64,000 nt of DNA from the human T2T-CHM13v2.0 reference genome, Homo sapiens. The first letter of the stretch is position 1; each line of letters opens with the position of its first letter. The translations under genes and the position numbers were made by a program. The notes below the pieces were generated by a model. It saw nothing but the letters and a program-made list of their open reading frames with translations. It made no database searches and was not told the DNA's origin. Positions 21,294 through 38,393 of this stretch are shown here, piece after piece. The stretch lies in assembly GCF_009914755.1 (NCBI RefSeq), contig NC_060928.1; one strand, written 5' to 3'.

Positions 21294-21743
21294 GACCAGT
21301 ATACTTTTGAGGATTTAACAAATAAAGAATATGGCCTTAGTTTGTAGAGCAAATTTATATTATCTAGCACAATGCTTACATTCAAATTATCTAAAACCAT
21401 TATCAGATATCAGTATCTGATGAGTCGTTCTTCATATGAGTATTAAGATAATCACATCAACACTGAATTATACAATACTGTCAGGGTAATATACTTTAAA
21501 TAATATGCTAAACTTGTATGACATCAAAATGTCATTACTATTTGGATAAATTTGAGCCAGTATAATTTAAAAAAAATGTTATCCAAGAGGTGAATTCTAG
21601 CTGTGCAGTGCTGGAAAAAAACAGATGAACAAACCATAAAAACAATAGTGTTTATACAAGATGTCAGACAACTTAAAAAATAAGGTAAACATATTCACAG
21701 CTCCAACCAATAAACATTATCAATTCAACTCTAAAAACATTTC

Positions 21744-22097
<354 letters not shown>

Positions 22098-22149
22098 TCA
22101 TATGTTATACATTTCAAACATGCTTATGCAATGTGTTTTATGACCATAT

Positions 22150-22480
22150 GTATTATCTAGGATGATTTTGGCTAGGAGCAACTAAAGACAAACAATTATA
22201 GCTGGTTTAAATAGTAAGAAAATGTATTGGCTAATATAACTGAAAATCCAAAGAGAGGGCAGGATTTAAGCCAAACTTTGAGCCAGGCTAGAGGGTGCTA
22301 CAAGTCCCTTCTGTTCACATTCCATCTATGAGAACCGTCAGCTGTTTGTTCTGGCTGTAAGATGGGGCAAGGAAGAATAGGCCCTGGCTGAGTGACCAGC
22401 TGTGGATTTAATTCTTTGTTCCTAAGGAGAAAGGGCAAAACTGATTTGAGAGGACGAATAGTCTCTGACACACTATTTAT
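22150..22480 (-). mobile_element. Old MaLR/ERVL LTR fragment (MLT1J-N or LTR33-like)
   Basis: 'gctggtttaaatagtaagaaaatgtattggctaatataactgaaaatcca' resembles old MLT1 ends. Confidence 0.45.
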
Positions 22481-22766
22481 AAATACTAACATTTTTCATG
22501 TATTTTGTCACATATCTGAATGTGAGAAATCAACCCCACAGACTTTTATGTATGAAAGAAAAAAAATGAATGCAATATTGGATTATTGTTTGTTCTTTTT
22601 TGATTATTTCAACTTAGATGTGATGCTACTCTGATGAATAAATTCTGGGGAAGGAAATTAATATTATGTATGAAATCATTCAAAAGTTTTTTCCTCAAAA
22701 TAAACTATTTTATTTGAGATAAAAAGTCACATGCAGTTTTAAAAATTAAAATTCAATGCAGTCATC

Positions 22767-25446
22767 TTTTTTGTTCTTTTTATGTGTATATATATATTTT
22801 TTCAGTAGTTTTTGGGGAACAGGTGGTGTTTAGTTACATGGATAAGTTCTTTGGTGGTGATTTCTGAGATTTTGGTGCACTCATCACCCGAGCAGTGTAC
22901 ACTGTACCCAATGTGTAGTCTTTTACTTCTCACTCCCGTCTCATCCTTCCCCCAGAGTCCCCAAAGTTTGTTATATGATTCTTATGCCTTTGCCTCCTCA
23001 TTGCTTAGCTCCCACTTATAAGTGAGAATATACAATGTTTGATTTTCCATTCCTGAGTTACTTCACTTAGAATAATAGTCTCCAACTCCATCTAGGTTGC
23101 TGCGACTGCCATTATTTCATTTATTTTTATGGCTGAATAGTACTCCACGGTATACTCCATGGTATGCGTGTATATAGGTATATATGCACACATATATGTG
23201 TGTAGATAGGTATATATGCACACATATATGTGTGTAGATAGGTATATGCACACATATGTGTGTATATACACACATATGTGTGTATATGTGTGTATGTGTG
23301 TATACACACATGTGTATGTGCGTGTATATACACACGTGTGTGTATATGCGTGTATATACACACACGTGTGTGTGCATATACACATGTGTGTGTATATACA
23401 CATATATGTGTGTATATATACACATATGTGTGTATATACACATATATGTGTGTATATGTGTGTATATATGTACATATATACACTACGTATATATGTGTAT
23501 ATATACACACACATACACACATATGTGTAGATATGCATATGTACACATATATGTGTATATGTACACATATATGTGTCTATATACACACATACACACATAT
23601 ATGTCTATATACACACATACACACATATGTGTCTATATACACACATATACACACATATATGTGTCTATATACACACATATATACACATCTATGTGTCTAT
23701 ATACACATACACACATATATATGTGTATATGTATGTGTGTATATAGACACATATACATATATATGTGTATATATACATATATACATATATGCGCATATAC
23801 ACACACATATGTGTGTATGTGTCTATATACACACATATGTGTGTATATACACACACATATGTGTATATATGTCTATATACACACACATATGTGTATATAC
23901 ACACATATGTGTATATACACACACGTGTGTATACACACACGTGTGTATACACACACGTGTGTATATGTGTGTATACACACACGTGTATACACACACACGT
24001 GTGTATATGTGTGTATACACACACACGTGTGTATATGTGTGTATACACACACACGTGTGTATATGTGTGTATACACACACACGTGTGTATATGTGTGTAT
24101 ACACACACACGTGTGTATATGTGTGTATACACACACACGTGTGTATATGTGTGTATACACACACACGTGTGTATACATCACTATATATATGATGATGATC
24201 GTCATTTAGGATGGTTTCATATTTTTTCAATTGTGAATTGTGCTGCTATAAACAGGCGGGTAAACGTGTCTTTTTCATGTAATAACTTTTCTCTGGGTAG
24301 ATACCTAATAGTGGGAATGCTGAATAAAATGGTAGTTCTACTTTTAGTTCTTTAAGTAATCTCCATACTATTTTACATAGTGGTTGTACTAGTTTACATT
24401 CCCACCAGCAGTGTAAAAGTGTTCCCTTTTCACCACATCCATGCCAACATCTATTATTTGTTGATGTTTTAATTATGGCCATTCTTGCAGGAGTAGGGTG
24501 GTACTGCATTGTGGTTTTGATTTGCATTTCCCTGATCATTAGCGATGCTGAGCATTATTTCATATGTTTATTGGCCATTTGTCTACCTTTTTTTGAGAAT
24601 TGTCTGTTCATGTCCATAGCCCACTTTTTGATGGGATTATTTGTTTTTTCTTGCTGCTTTGTTTGAGTTCCTCATAGATCCTGGATAGCAGTCTTTTGGT
24701 GGATGCATAGTTTGCAAATATTTTCTCCCACTCTGTGGGTTGTATATTTACTCACTGATTATTTCTTTTGGTGTACAGAAGCTTTTTGGTTTAATAAAGT
24801 CCTATCTATTTATCTTTGTTTTTGTTTCATTTGCTTTTGGGTTCTTAGTCATGGATACTTTGCCTAATTCAATGTCTAGAAGAGTTTTTCCAATGTTATC
24901 TTCTAAAATTTTTATGGTTTCAGATCTTAGATTTAAGTATTTGATCCATCTTGAGTTGATTTTTGTATAAGGTGAGAGACGATGATCCCGTTTCATTCTT
25001 CTACATGTGGCTTGCCAATTACCCAACATCATTTGTTGAATAGGGTGTTCTTTCCACACTTTGTTTTTGTTTGCTTTGTCAAAGATCTGTTGGCTGTATT
25101 TCTGGGTTCTCTATTCTATTCCATTGCTCTACATGCCTGTTTCTTATACCAGTACCATGTTAATTCAGTAACTGTAGCCTTGTAGTATAGTTTGAAGTTG
25201 GTTAATGGGATGCTTCCAGATTTGCTCTTTTTGCTTAGTCTTGCTTTGGCTATTTGGGCTCTTTTGTGGTTCCACATTAATTTTAGGATTGTTTTTTTCT
25301 AGTTCTTTGAAGAATAATGATGATATTTTGATGGGAACAGCATTGAATTTATAGATTGTTTTTGGCAGTATGTCCATTTCCACAATAACAATTCTACCCA
25401 TCCATGAGTATGGGATGTGTTTCCATTTGTTCGTGTCGTCTATGAT
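22767..25446 (-). mobile_element. L1PB (L1PB1-like) 3' portion containing an expanded microsatellite
   Basis: 'tttttggggaacaggtggtgtttagttacatggataagttctttggtggtgatttctgagattttggtgcac'; minus-strand ORF2 C-terminal peptides ([16 protein letters not shown]). Confidence 0.92.
23161..24191. repeat. ~1-kb compound (TA/TG/CA) alternating purine-pyrimidine array with higher-order units
   Basis: 32-bp units at ~23178-23260 and 28-bp units 'gtgtgtatatgtgtgtatacacacacac' at ~23999-24166. Confidence 0.97.
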
Positions 25447-26428
25447 TTATTTATTTATATGTTTTTTAATTTTACTTTAAGTTCTAGGATACATGTGCAG
25501 AATGTGCTGATTTGTTACATAGGTATATATGTGCCATGGTGGTTTGCTGCACCTATCAACTTGTCATCTAGGTTTTAAGCCCCACATGCATTAGGTATTT
25601 GTCTTAATGCTCTCCATCCCCTTGCTCCTGACCCCCTGACAGGCTGTGGTATGTGATGTTCCCCTCCCTGTGTCCATGTGTTCTCACTGTTTAACTCCCA
25701 CTTATGAGTGAGAACATGGGGTGTTAGTTTTCTGAGAATGATGGCTTCCAGCTTCATCCATGTCCCTACAAAGGACATGATCTCATTCTTTTTTATGGCT
25801 GCATAGTATTCCGTGGGGTATATGTGCCACATTTTCATTATCCAATCTATCATTGATGGGCATATGGGTTTGTTCCAAGTCTTTGCTATTGTAAATAGTG
25901 TTGCAGTAAACATACGTGTGCATGTGTGTTTATAGTCAAATGATTTATAATCCTTTGGGTATATGCCCAGTAACAAGATTGCTGGGTTAATGGTATTTCT
26001 GGTTCTAGATCCTGGAGGAATCGACACACTGTCTTCCACAATGGTTGAACTAATTTACACTACTACCACCAGTGTAAAAGTGTTCCTATTTCTCCACACC
26101 CTCGCCAGCATCTGTTGTTTCCTGACTATTTAATAATCATCATTCTAACTGGTGTGAGATGGTATCTCATTGTGGTTTTGATTTCCATTTCCCTAATGAC
26201 CAGTGATGATGAGCTTTTTTTCTTATGTTTGTTGGCCACATAAATGTCTTCTTTTAATAAGTGTCTGTTCATATTCTTTGCCCACTTTTTGATGGGGTTG
26301 TTTGTTTTTTTCTTGTAAGTTTGTTTATCTTCCTTGTAGATTCTGGATATTAGCTCTTTGTCAGATGGGTGGATTGTAAACATTTTCTCCCATTCTATAG
26401 GTTACCTGTTCACTCTGATGATAGTTTA

Positions 26429-26602
<174 letters not shown>

Positions 26603-27271
26603 TTAATCCATCTCGAGTTAATTTTTGTATAAAGTGTAAGGAAGGGGTCTAGTTTCTGTTTTCTGCAAATGACTAGCCAGTTTTCCCAGCACCATTTATT
26701 AAATAGAGAATCCTTTCCCCATTTCTTGTTTTTGTCAGATTTGTTGAAGATCAGATGGTTGTAGATGTGTGGTGTTATTTCTGAGGTCTCTGTTCTGTTC
26801 CATTGTTTTATATCTATTTTGTTACAAGTACCATGCTGTTTTTGTTACTGTAGCCTTGTAGTATAGTTTAAAGTCAGGTAGTGTGATGCCTCCAGCTTTG
26901 TTCCTTTTGCTTAGGATTGTCTTGGCTATATGGGCTCTTTTTTGCTTCCATATGAAATTTAAAGTAGTTTTTTCTAATTCTGTGAAGAAAGTCAATGGTA
27001 GCTTGATGGGAGTGGCCTTGAATCTATAAATTACTTCGGGCAGTATGGCCATTTTCACAACATTAATTCTTCCTATCCATGACCATGGAATGTTTCTCCA
27101 TTTGTTTGTATCCTCTTTTATTTCCTTGAACAGTGGTTTGTAGTTCTCCTTAAAGAGGTCCTTCACATCCCATATAAGTTGTATTTCCAGGTATTTTATT
27201 CTCTTTGTAGCAATTGCGAATGGGAATTCACTCATGATTTGGCTCTCTTTTTGTCTATTGTTGGTGTATAA

Positions 27272-28767
<1,496 letters not shown>

Positions 28768-30398
28768 GACAATGAGGTTTTCTAAATATATAATCATGTC
28801 ATCTGCAAATAGAGACAATTTGACTTCCTCTCTTCCTCTTTGAATACCTTTATTTATTTCTCTTGCCTGATTCACCTGGCCAGAACTTCCAGTACTATGT
28901 TGAATAGGAGTGGTGAGAGAAGGTATCCTTGTCTTGTTCCAGTTTTCAAAGGGAATGCTTCCACCTTTTGCCCATTCAGTAATATATTGGCAATGGGTTT
29001 GTCATAAATAGCTCATTATTTTGAGATATGTTTCATCAATACCTAGTTTATTGAGAGATTTTAGCATAAAGCAATGTTGAATTTTATTGAAGGCCTTTTC
29101 TGCATCTGTTGAGGTAATAATGTTGTTTTTGTCATTGGTTCTGTTTATGTGATGGATTACATTTATTGATTTACATATGTTTAACCAGCCTTGCATCCCA
29201 GGGATGAAGCTGCCTTGACCATGTTGGATAAGCTTTTTGATGTGCTGGTGGATTTGGTTTGCCAGCATTTTATGGAGGATTTTCACATCAATGTTCATCA
29301 GGGATATTGACCTAAAGTTTTCCTTTTTTGTTGTGTCTCTGCCAGGCTTTGGTATCAGGATGATGCTGGCCTCATAAAATGAATTAGGGAAGAGTCCCTC
29401 TTTTTCTATTGTTTGGAAAAGTTTCAGAAGGAATGGTATCATCTCCTCTTTGTACCTCTGGTAGAATTTTGCTGTGAATCAATCTGACCCTGGCCTTTTT
29501 TTGTTTAGTACGCTATTAATTACTGCCTCAATTTTAAAACTTGTTATTGGTCTATTCATTTATTCTCACTTATACTATGTCACCCATCAAAGGCTATTTT
29601 GACCTATTGTATTGAAAAATGAATAGCAAACAAAAGACAGCTAATTTTAATGACTGTATCATTTGCTATTATACTTCCTAAAGGCAACTGTAATGAATGA
29701 ATCTATGGCTTAGCTCAAAATAATAAAACTTGGAGGTAGGATATGAGGCAGAAATACAAGCAGGTGAGGAAGCATTTCAGAGTAGGATTCCTTTTCTTTG
29801 TCCCTTAAACCTAAGCACATAGACTCTTATTTCATCTAGTCTTGCATCTGACTTTGCTGGGAGAGCTACCTGACTTATTTAAGGTGTGGCTAATGTCTCA
29901 TGTCATCACTGTTACCTAGATTGAGCAAGCTGCAGGGACACAGCAACTTCATTAAACCCTGAGACATCCTCTGGAGCTCTAGCGAGAGAAAGTCTCAGTT
30001 GCCCAGATGGTTCTTTTGGTTAAGAGTAAGGGAAATAATGCTTTTGGGTAATGTTGAAATAAGCAACTGCCAAATGGAGAAAGCAATGACCTATTTATGA
30101 CATTCTAATCCAGGCATGTCTTTGGGCAAATGCTTGGATCAGAGATGTTCATTTAGGCACCATTTGGGGCACAAGAGAATGTGAGTGACGACTGCTTGGG
30201 AAGAAAATGGGAGGGTGTTTTCTGGTAAGGGAGGGAGGTTATTTCATAGATTAAATTCAGAAACAGATGACTGTGACAAATAAGCTCAGGCATACATGGG
30301 CTTATCAAGTAAATGAGATGTATTATGCAATTTTTAAATAAAACCAGACACCAGATCACTAAGGAGAAGTTTATATAAAATAGAAGATATTGTCATTT

Positions 30399-30870
30399 TG
30401 AAGCAGGTTCATTGTATACCAGTTACAAACTTGTCTGAGTCCCATGAAACAGAACACTCACATATGTAACAAGTTACATGAAGATCTATTATTTACAGAT
30501 AGGCAGCAAGAGAAAACAGATGCCTGGGATTCATTGTGAGCTGGTTCCACAACGTCTAGAAAGCTGTCTGGGGCAGATTAGGTTTCATCATCAAGTGCCC
30601 CACTTGCATTACAGCTGAGGGACCCTGGAAAGCAGCTTGCCTTGGATTTTATACTCCAGGATTATAGGACATGCTAGGCTAAAGTGCTGAAGGACATCCT
30701 ATTGTCAGGAGTACTGGAACAGGGCCCAGGTTGTTCTGGCCAGTCCCACCCTATTTCAGGATGTTACATTTCCAGCTCATTTTACAGTTATTCTTGAAAA
30801 TTATAAGTGAGAAAGGGAGGGAACGTGGGTTGCTCCAAAGTAAGCTGGAGAACCGCCCTGCAGTCATTAT
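30399..30870 (-). mobile_element. ERVL-type LTR (MER54/MER73/MER74-like)
   Basis: 'tgaagcaggttcattgtataccagttacaaacttgtctgagtcc...acaagttacatgaag...acagataggcagcaag' recalled as this LTR group; right boundary uncertain. Confidence 0.55.
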
Positions 30871-31973
30871 CTTGAAGATTAAATTTGATAAGATAGGACA
30901 AATATAATCATGTGATACAAAGAGACATGTAAAACCAACTGAAAGCCAGTCTAAACTGAAAACTTCAGAAATGGCTTTTAAAGGAGTATTCACTGAAGTT
31001 ATAAGAATCAAGGAGTCTCACTTCAGGTAATAATGTGATGGATGGCAGGTGACTGATGAGACAGAGAGAGCTGCATTTTCAAAAATGCTACACTGACACC
31101 TGACAATTGAATGGTCTAATAGAGACTGTGATATCACTGTCTGACTTTTGTACTGTCAAAATTTCAATACAATGTATTATAATGTAATGGACATAGAAAT
31201 GGGAATCAGAAGACCTTTACATTTTAGGGTATTGCCATAAGGCAATTCACAGTCTCTGGGGTCTTGGGCAAAGGACTAAAGTGTCTAAGAGTCTTTCAGC
31301 TCTGTAACTCTGTGATTCTGTGAGTACAATTTACCTAAAAGCACCCCAAAAAATATACTGGCATCAAATTATAGAATTTTAAATGAATGCTTTATTGTCA
31401 CATAGTGAAACGTTTAAGAACGTTCTTTATCTGCATTTTTTTTCCTTAAAAAGTTTCTAATAATAATTGGAGAGTTCTCTTGATATTTTAATTTGTTTAA
31501 TTTGTTTATCCTTTGTCAAAACAAAACCAACCATGCATTGCTACACAGTTAAGAAAAGTGGTGAATGGATGTTTGAAGCAATCTGACTCATAAGTCCATT
31601 CTGAGAGCTGAGTTAGATCTTCATCTGTGTGAGCATATATCCTGTGTAAGGAGTCGTGGAACACATGGAGAAATATAATGATACTGTCCATTTCATTTTT
31701 CTACATAAAGATGCCTGTCTGATTGGGATAAGAGCCTCATGTGGCTTACTTTTACTATGATAAGGAGAGCTCTGAGGCTAGGCTGGAGTGCTCAAGCAGC
31801 TCTGAGGGACTACTACAGCCCTACAGGATGGAAATGGGTAGAGAATAGAGCTGACACCTGAGCACAATCTGCCTCCCTCTTTGGCACATTATGTCCACAG
31901 AGGCTTATTAGCAACAAAGGAAAGAACGGGCAGGCACCTTGGGAATGAAGTGACTTGCCACATGCTTCACAAC

Positions 31974-33340
<1,367 letters not shown>

Positions 33341-34090
33341 AGTTACAGTTTATTTTCTAATACAATAGACTAAAAGTGAAGGATTAAAAACAATATATTC
33401 TATGCTGATGGAAACCAAAAGAGAGCAGAAGTGGTTATACTTCTATCACATAAAATAGACTTTAAGTCAAAAACTGTAAAAAGAGACAAATAAGCTTGTT
33501 ATATAATGAAAGAGGTGTCAATTTATCAAAAGGATATAAAAATTGTAACTATATATTCTCCCAACACTGGAACACCTAAATATATAAAGCAAGTATTAAT
33601 AGATGTGCAGGGAGAAATAGACAGCAATACAATAATGGGAGGGAATATCAATACTCCACTTTCAACAGTTGACATAATATCCAGATAGAGAATTAATAAG
33701 GAAACACTGGACTTAAAGTACTTTAGACCAAATGAACCTGACAGATGTATGTATACAGAACAATCTATCAACAGCAACAGAATGTACATTTTCCTGAAGC
33801 ACACACAGAACATCCTCCATGATAGATCATATGTTGGGCCCCAAAATAATTCTTAATAAATCCAAAAAGATTTAAATAATATCAAGTATCTTTTCCAACC
33901 ACAATGGTATGAAACTGTAAATCAATAACACAAGGAAAGTTAGAAAATTCACAAACGTGGAAATTAAACAACATTCTTTCAAACAACCAATTTGTCAAAC
34001 AAGAAATCAAAAAGAAAATACAAAAATATCTTGAGACAAAATGGAAACACAACGTACCTAAACTTACGAAATACAGCCAAAAACAGTTCT

Positions 34091-34148
34091 TTTTTAAATA
34101 TATATATATTTTTATTATACTTTAAGTTCTAGGGTACATGTGCACAAC
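34091..34148 (-). mobile_element. 58-bp L1PA micro-insertion
   Basis: 'ttattatactttaagttctagggtacatgtgcacaac' plus T/TA tail between perfect 15-bp TSDs gccaaaaacagttct (34076-34090 / 34149-34163). Confidence 0.93.
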
Positions 34149-35879
34149 GCCAAAAACAGTTCTAACAGGGAAATTTATGATGATAAAGAAAGGCAAAAGA
34201 AATATCTCAAATGTACAATTTAACATTATGCCTTAAGGAGTAAGAAAAAGAAGAATAAACTAAGTCCAAGTTTAGTAGAAGGAAGAAATAAAAAGATCAA
34301 AGCAGGGATAAATGAAATAGACTAGATAAAATTAACAAAACTAAGAATTGCTGTTTTAAAAAGATATAATTAACAAACCTTTAGCTATACTCAGAATAGA
34401 TGACCAAAATGAAATCATAAATGAAAGAGCTGATATTACAACTGATACCACAATCATAGAAAACTACTAGGAACAATTGTAAGACAACAAATTGAGTAAC
34501 ATGGAAGGAGTGGATAAATTACTAAATGTATAACTACCAAGACTTAATCATAAAAAAAAAGAAACTCAGAATAGACCAATAATGATTAAGGAGACTGAAT
34601 CAGTAATAAAAATCTCCCATCAAAGAAAAGCCCATGGCCTGATGACTTCACTGATGAATTCTACCAAACACATAGAAAGAATTAATGTCAAATTTTCTTA
34701 GACTCTTCCAAAACATGGAAGAGATGAGAACACTTTCAAACTCATTTTACAAGGCCTGCATCGGCTTGATATAAAAGCCAGAAAAAAAGTACAAAAAAGA
34801 AAATACAAGCCAATGTTTGTGATAAAAATAGATAGAAAAATCCTCAGCAAAATAGTAGCCCACCTAATTCAACAGCACATTAAAAAGATCATGTACTGTG
34901 ATCAAAAAGAATTTATCCCTGGGAAGCAAGGATGGTTCAACATATGCAAATCAAAAATATCATACACTTTTTTTGTGATGCACTACATTAAAAGAAAGAA
35001 GGATAAAAATCATATTAATAGATGCAGAGAAAACATTTGACAAAATTCAACAATCCTTCATGAAAAAAACTCTCAGCAAACTAGATACAGAAGATTTGTA
35101 GCTAAATGCCATAAAGGTCAAAAATCACAACCAACCTCACATTCCATGTTGAAAGGTTAGAAGACTTTTTTCTAAGATCAAAACAAGTCAAGGATGCCCA
35201 CTATCTCACTCTCACCACTTCTATTCAACTGGATATCCTAGTCAGAGTAATTAGGCAAGAAAAAAAAAAAAAGAAACGCATGTAATTAAGAAAGAAAGTA
35301 AATAATCTCTGTTTGCAGATGACATTATATTACATATATAGAAAACCCTCAGAAGTCTATGAAAAACTGTTAGAACTATCAAATTAATGACATTTCAGGA
35401 TACAAAATTGATATATACAAAAATCAGTTGCATTTCTACACTATCAACAATGCTTTGAAGAATAAATTAGAAAACAATTCCCTTTACAATGGCATAAAAC
35501 AGAATAAAAGACTCAGAAATAAATTTAACAAAACGTTGATATTTCTGTAATTAAGAGCTATGAAACATTAATAAAAGAAATTTAAGATGACACGAATAAA
35601 TAAAAAGATATTCCATGTTGATGAATTGGAAGAATCAATAGTCTCAAAATGTCCATACTACCCAAATTGATCTATATATTCAATGCAAACCCTATCAAAA
35701 TTAAAATGGCATTTTTACAGAAATTTTTTTAATTTAAAAATTCATATGCAGCACAAAGGATCCTAAACAGCTAAAGCAATCTTCAGCAAGTAGAACCAAG
35801 CTGGAGGCATCAATATTATACATCCTGATTTCAAATTACATTACAAAGCCATAGTAATCAAAATAATATGGCAATGGTC

Positions 35880-35965
35880 ATGTATGTACATATATATATA
35901 TATATATATACACACTATATATATATGTGTGTGTGTGTGTATGTATATATATATATATATATATA
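35880..35965. repeat. (TA)n/(TG)n compound microsatellite in L1
   Basis: Direct reading. Confidence 0.9.
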
Positions 35966-38298
35966 CTAATCTTGAACTAATCCTCAAGAAAGGCACCAAT
36001 AATACACAATAAAATAAAGGATAGCCTCTTCAATAAATGGTGTTGGGAAAACTGGATATCTGCATGCAAAAAATAAAACTGGGTCCTTCTCTTACACCAC
36101 ATACAAAATAAACTAAAATGCATTAAACATTTAAAATTAATGTCTTAAACTGTAAAACTAGATTTAAACAAAGGAGAAAAACTCCATGACATTGATTTTA
36201 GCAATTACTTTTGTATATGACATCCCAAAGTACAGGCAACCAAAGCAAAATAAACAAGTGGGACTTGTATCAAATTTAAAAGTTTTAGCATAGTGAAGGA
36301 AACAATCAACTAAATGAAATTCCAACCTACTAATGGGAAAAATATTTGCAAACCATATATCTGATAAGGGGTTAACATCCAAAACATAAGAAACGCATGC
36401 AGCTTAAGAACGAAAAAGCCAAACAACTGAATTAAAAATGGGCAAAGAAGTTGAATAGATGTTTTTCCAAAGAAGAAATACAAATGATCAACAGGTACAT
36501 GAATAGGTACTCAACATCACTAATCATCAGGGAAATAAATATCAAAACTACAATGAGATATCACATCACACCTGTTAGGATAGCTATTACCAAAAAGTCA
36601 AAAGACAAGTGTTACTGAAGGTGGAGAAAAGGAAATACTTGTGCATTGTTGGTGGGAATGCAAATTGGCACAGCCTTTCTAAAAAACAATATGGAGGAGG
36701 GTCCTCAAAAAATTAAAAATAGGGCTACCATATGATCCAGCAATGCTACTTCTGGGCATATATTCAAAGAAAATAAAATCATTATCTCAAAGTGACAGCT
36801 GCACTCTTATGTTCATTGCAGCATTATTTACAATAGCCAAGATATGAAAACAACCTAACTGTCGGTGGATGAATAGATAAAGAAAATACACATGTATACA
36901 ATGTAAAATTGTTCTGCCTTAAAAAAGAAGGCAAATCTGACATTTGCAACAACATGGATGAACCTGGAGGACATTATGCTAAGTGAAGTAAGCAAAACAC
37001 AGGAAGAAAAATCCCCCATGGTCTCACTTGTATGTGGAATCTAAAATAGTTAAACTTATAGAAATGGAGAGTAGAGAGTGGTTACCGGGGGGCAAGGGAA
37101 ATGGGGGAGATGTTGGTGAAAGATTGCAAACTTACAGCTATAAGTAAGTTCTGGTGACCTAGATTATAGCATGGTGACTATAGGTAATAGTGTATTATAT
37201 ATGTGAAGTTTGCTTATAGTAGAACTTAAATATTCTCATCACACACATACACACACAAACACGCGTATGAAGTTATGTGAAATGATGTTATGTTAATTAG
37301 CTTAGCTGTAGTAATCATTTTACCATGTATATGTACATAAAAACTTCACATCATACACCTTGAATATATACAATCCTTATTTGTCAATTATACTTCAATA
37401 AAAGTGAAAAAAGGTATGTACAATCACGTAAGAATATAAGTGTACCTAAGGTATTATAGGCGTTCAAAAAGGGGACATTTAATACAGACTGTAGGTGCCA
37501 GAGTTTTCCACAGCAGGCAACTTTCATTGAGTTTTGGGTGATAGGGTGCCAGTGATTAGAAATTAGCTAAGCAGAAAAAGTGGGATTCCAGAAACAAACA
37601 GAACATGGGCAGATAGATGCATTGTTCATGAGAAGAAAAAAAATTGGCCCAGCAGTTCCAGTATCCCATCAGATGCTCTAACATTTGTAAGATGAGTAGA
37701 AAACTAGAATGGGGTCCAAAGACTTATTAGGTGTCCATAGATCCATGGATTGATCATACAATAGTGGAGAATAAAGTCAGTAGAGTGTGGAACTTTCTCA
37801 CTGTCATTGCTGTTCACTGTTTCCCCTTCTGCCTGTGCCTCACTTCCCTCCATCTTCAGGAACCTCACAGTCTCACACTTCTTTACTCATTTAAATGCCA
37901 TTCTTTAAAAAGAAAAAAAGTCCCCCTTTAAGACTCTCTGGCATTTTGGAATCACGTCAGGCTATGGAAAACACCAGAGTGAATTTATAGTTGATGTAAA
38001 TCCACAAGATTTTTACCATGTTGCTTCTGTTCTTTGATATATGGTGATTCTTTATAAGTACCTGATTCTTTCTCATCATGTTGGAAATGTGAGCCCACTC
38101 TGACTAAGTTCATATTTAATACAAAACCAACATTTTTTGGTTTTCCTCAGAGATTAAATATTAATGAAAGGAGATGAAGTGGTGCAACAAGAAAAATGTA
38201 ATTAAAATAGATCCCAACTGGTTTCAACAGCATTAGTAACATGAGAGGAAAAACTGAATACATTTCATCAAAATACAAAAGTAAAAGTATTTCTAGGA

Positions 38299-38393
38299 CT
38301 TGAAAGGTGAGCTAAATGATGAGAACACATGGACACATACAAGTTTACCTATATAATGAATTTGCACATGTACCACTGAACTTAAAAGTTTTT
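38299..38393 (+). mobile_element. 95-bp old L1PA (PA13-16-like) 3'-end insertion with internal deletion
   Basis: 'gagctaaatgatgagaacacatggacaca' fused to 'aagtttacctatata...gcacatgtacc'; TSD taaaagtatttctagga (38282-38298 / 38394-38410). Confidence 0.85.

Larger units (their letters stand above)
33362..37412 (+). mobile_element. Ancient L1MA9/10-L1MB-type LINE-1 (ORF2 through 3' end)
   Basis: Endonuclease peptide (NTGTPKYIKQVL..NTPLS), RT peptide (FIPGKQGWFNICKS), 3' end 'gtcaattatacttcaataaaag'. Confidence 0.9.

Noticed and set aside
23092-24355. Long ORFs up to 317 aa rich in C/V/Y/I/H/T
   Set aside because: Translations of the RY dinucleotide array, which cannot encode stop codons; open in all frames on both strands.
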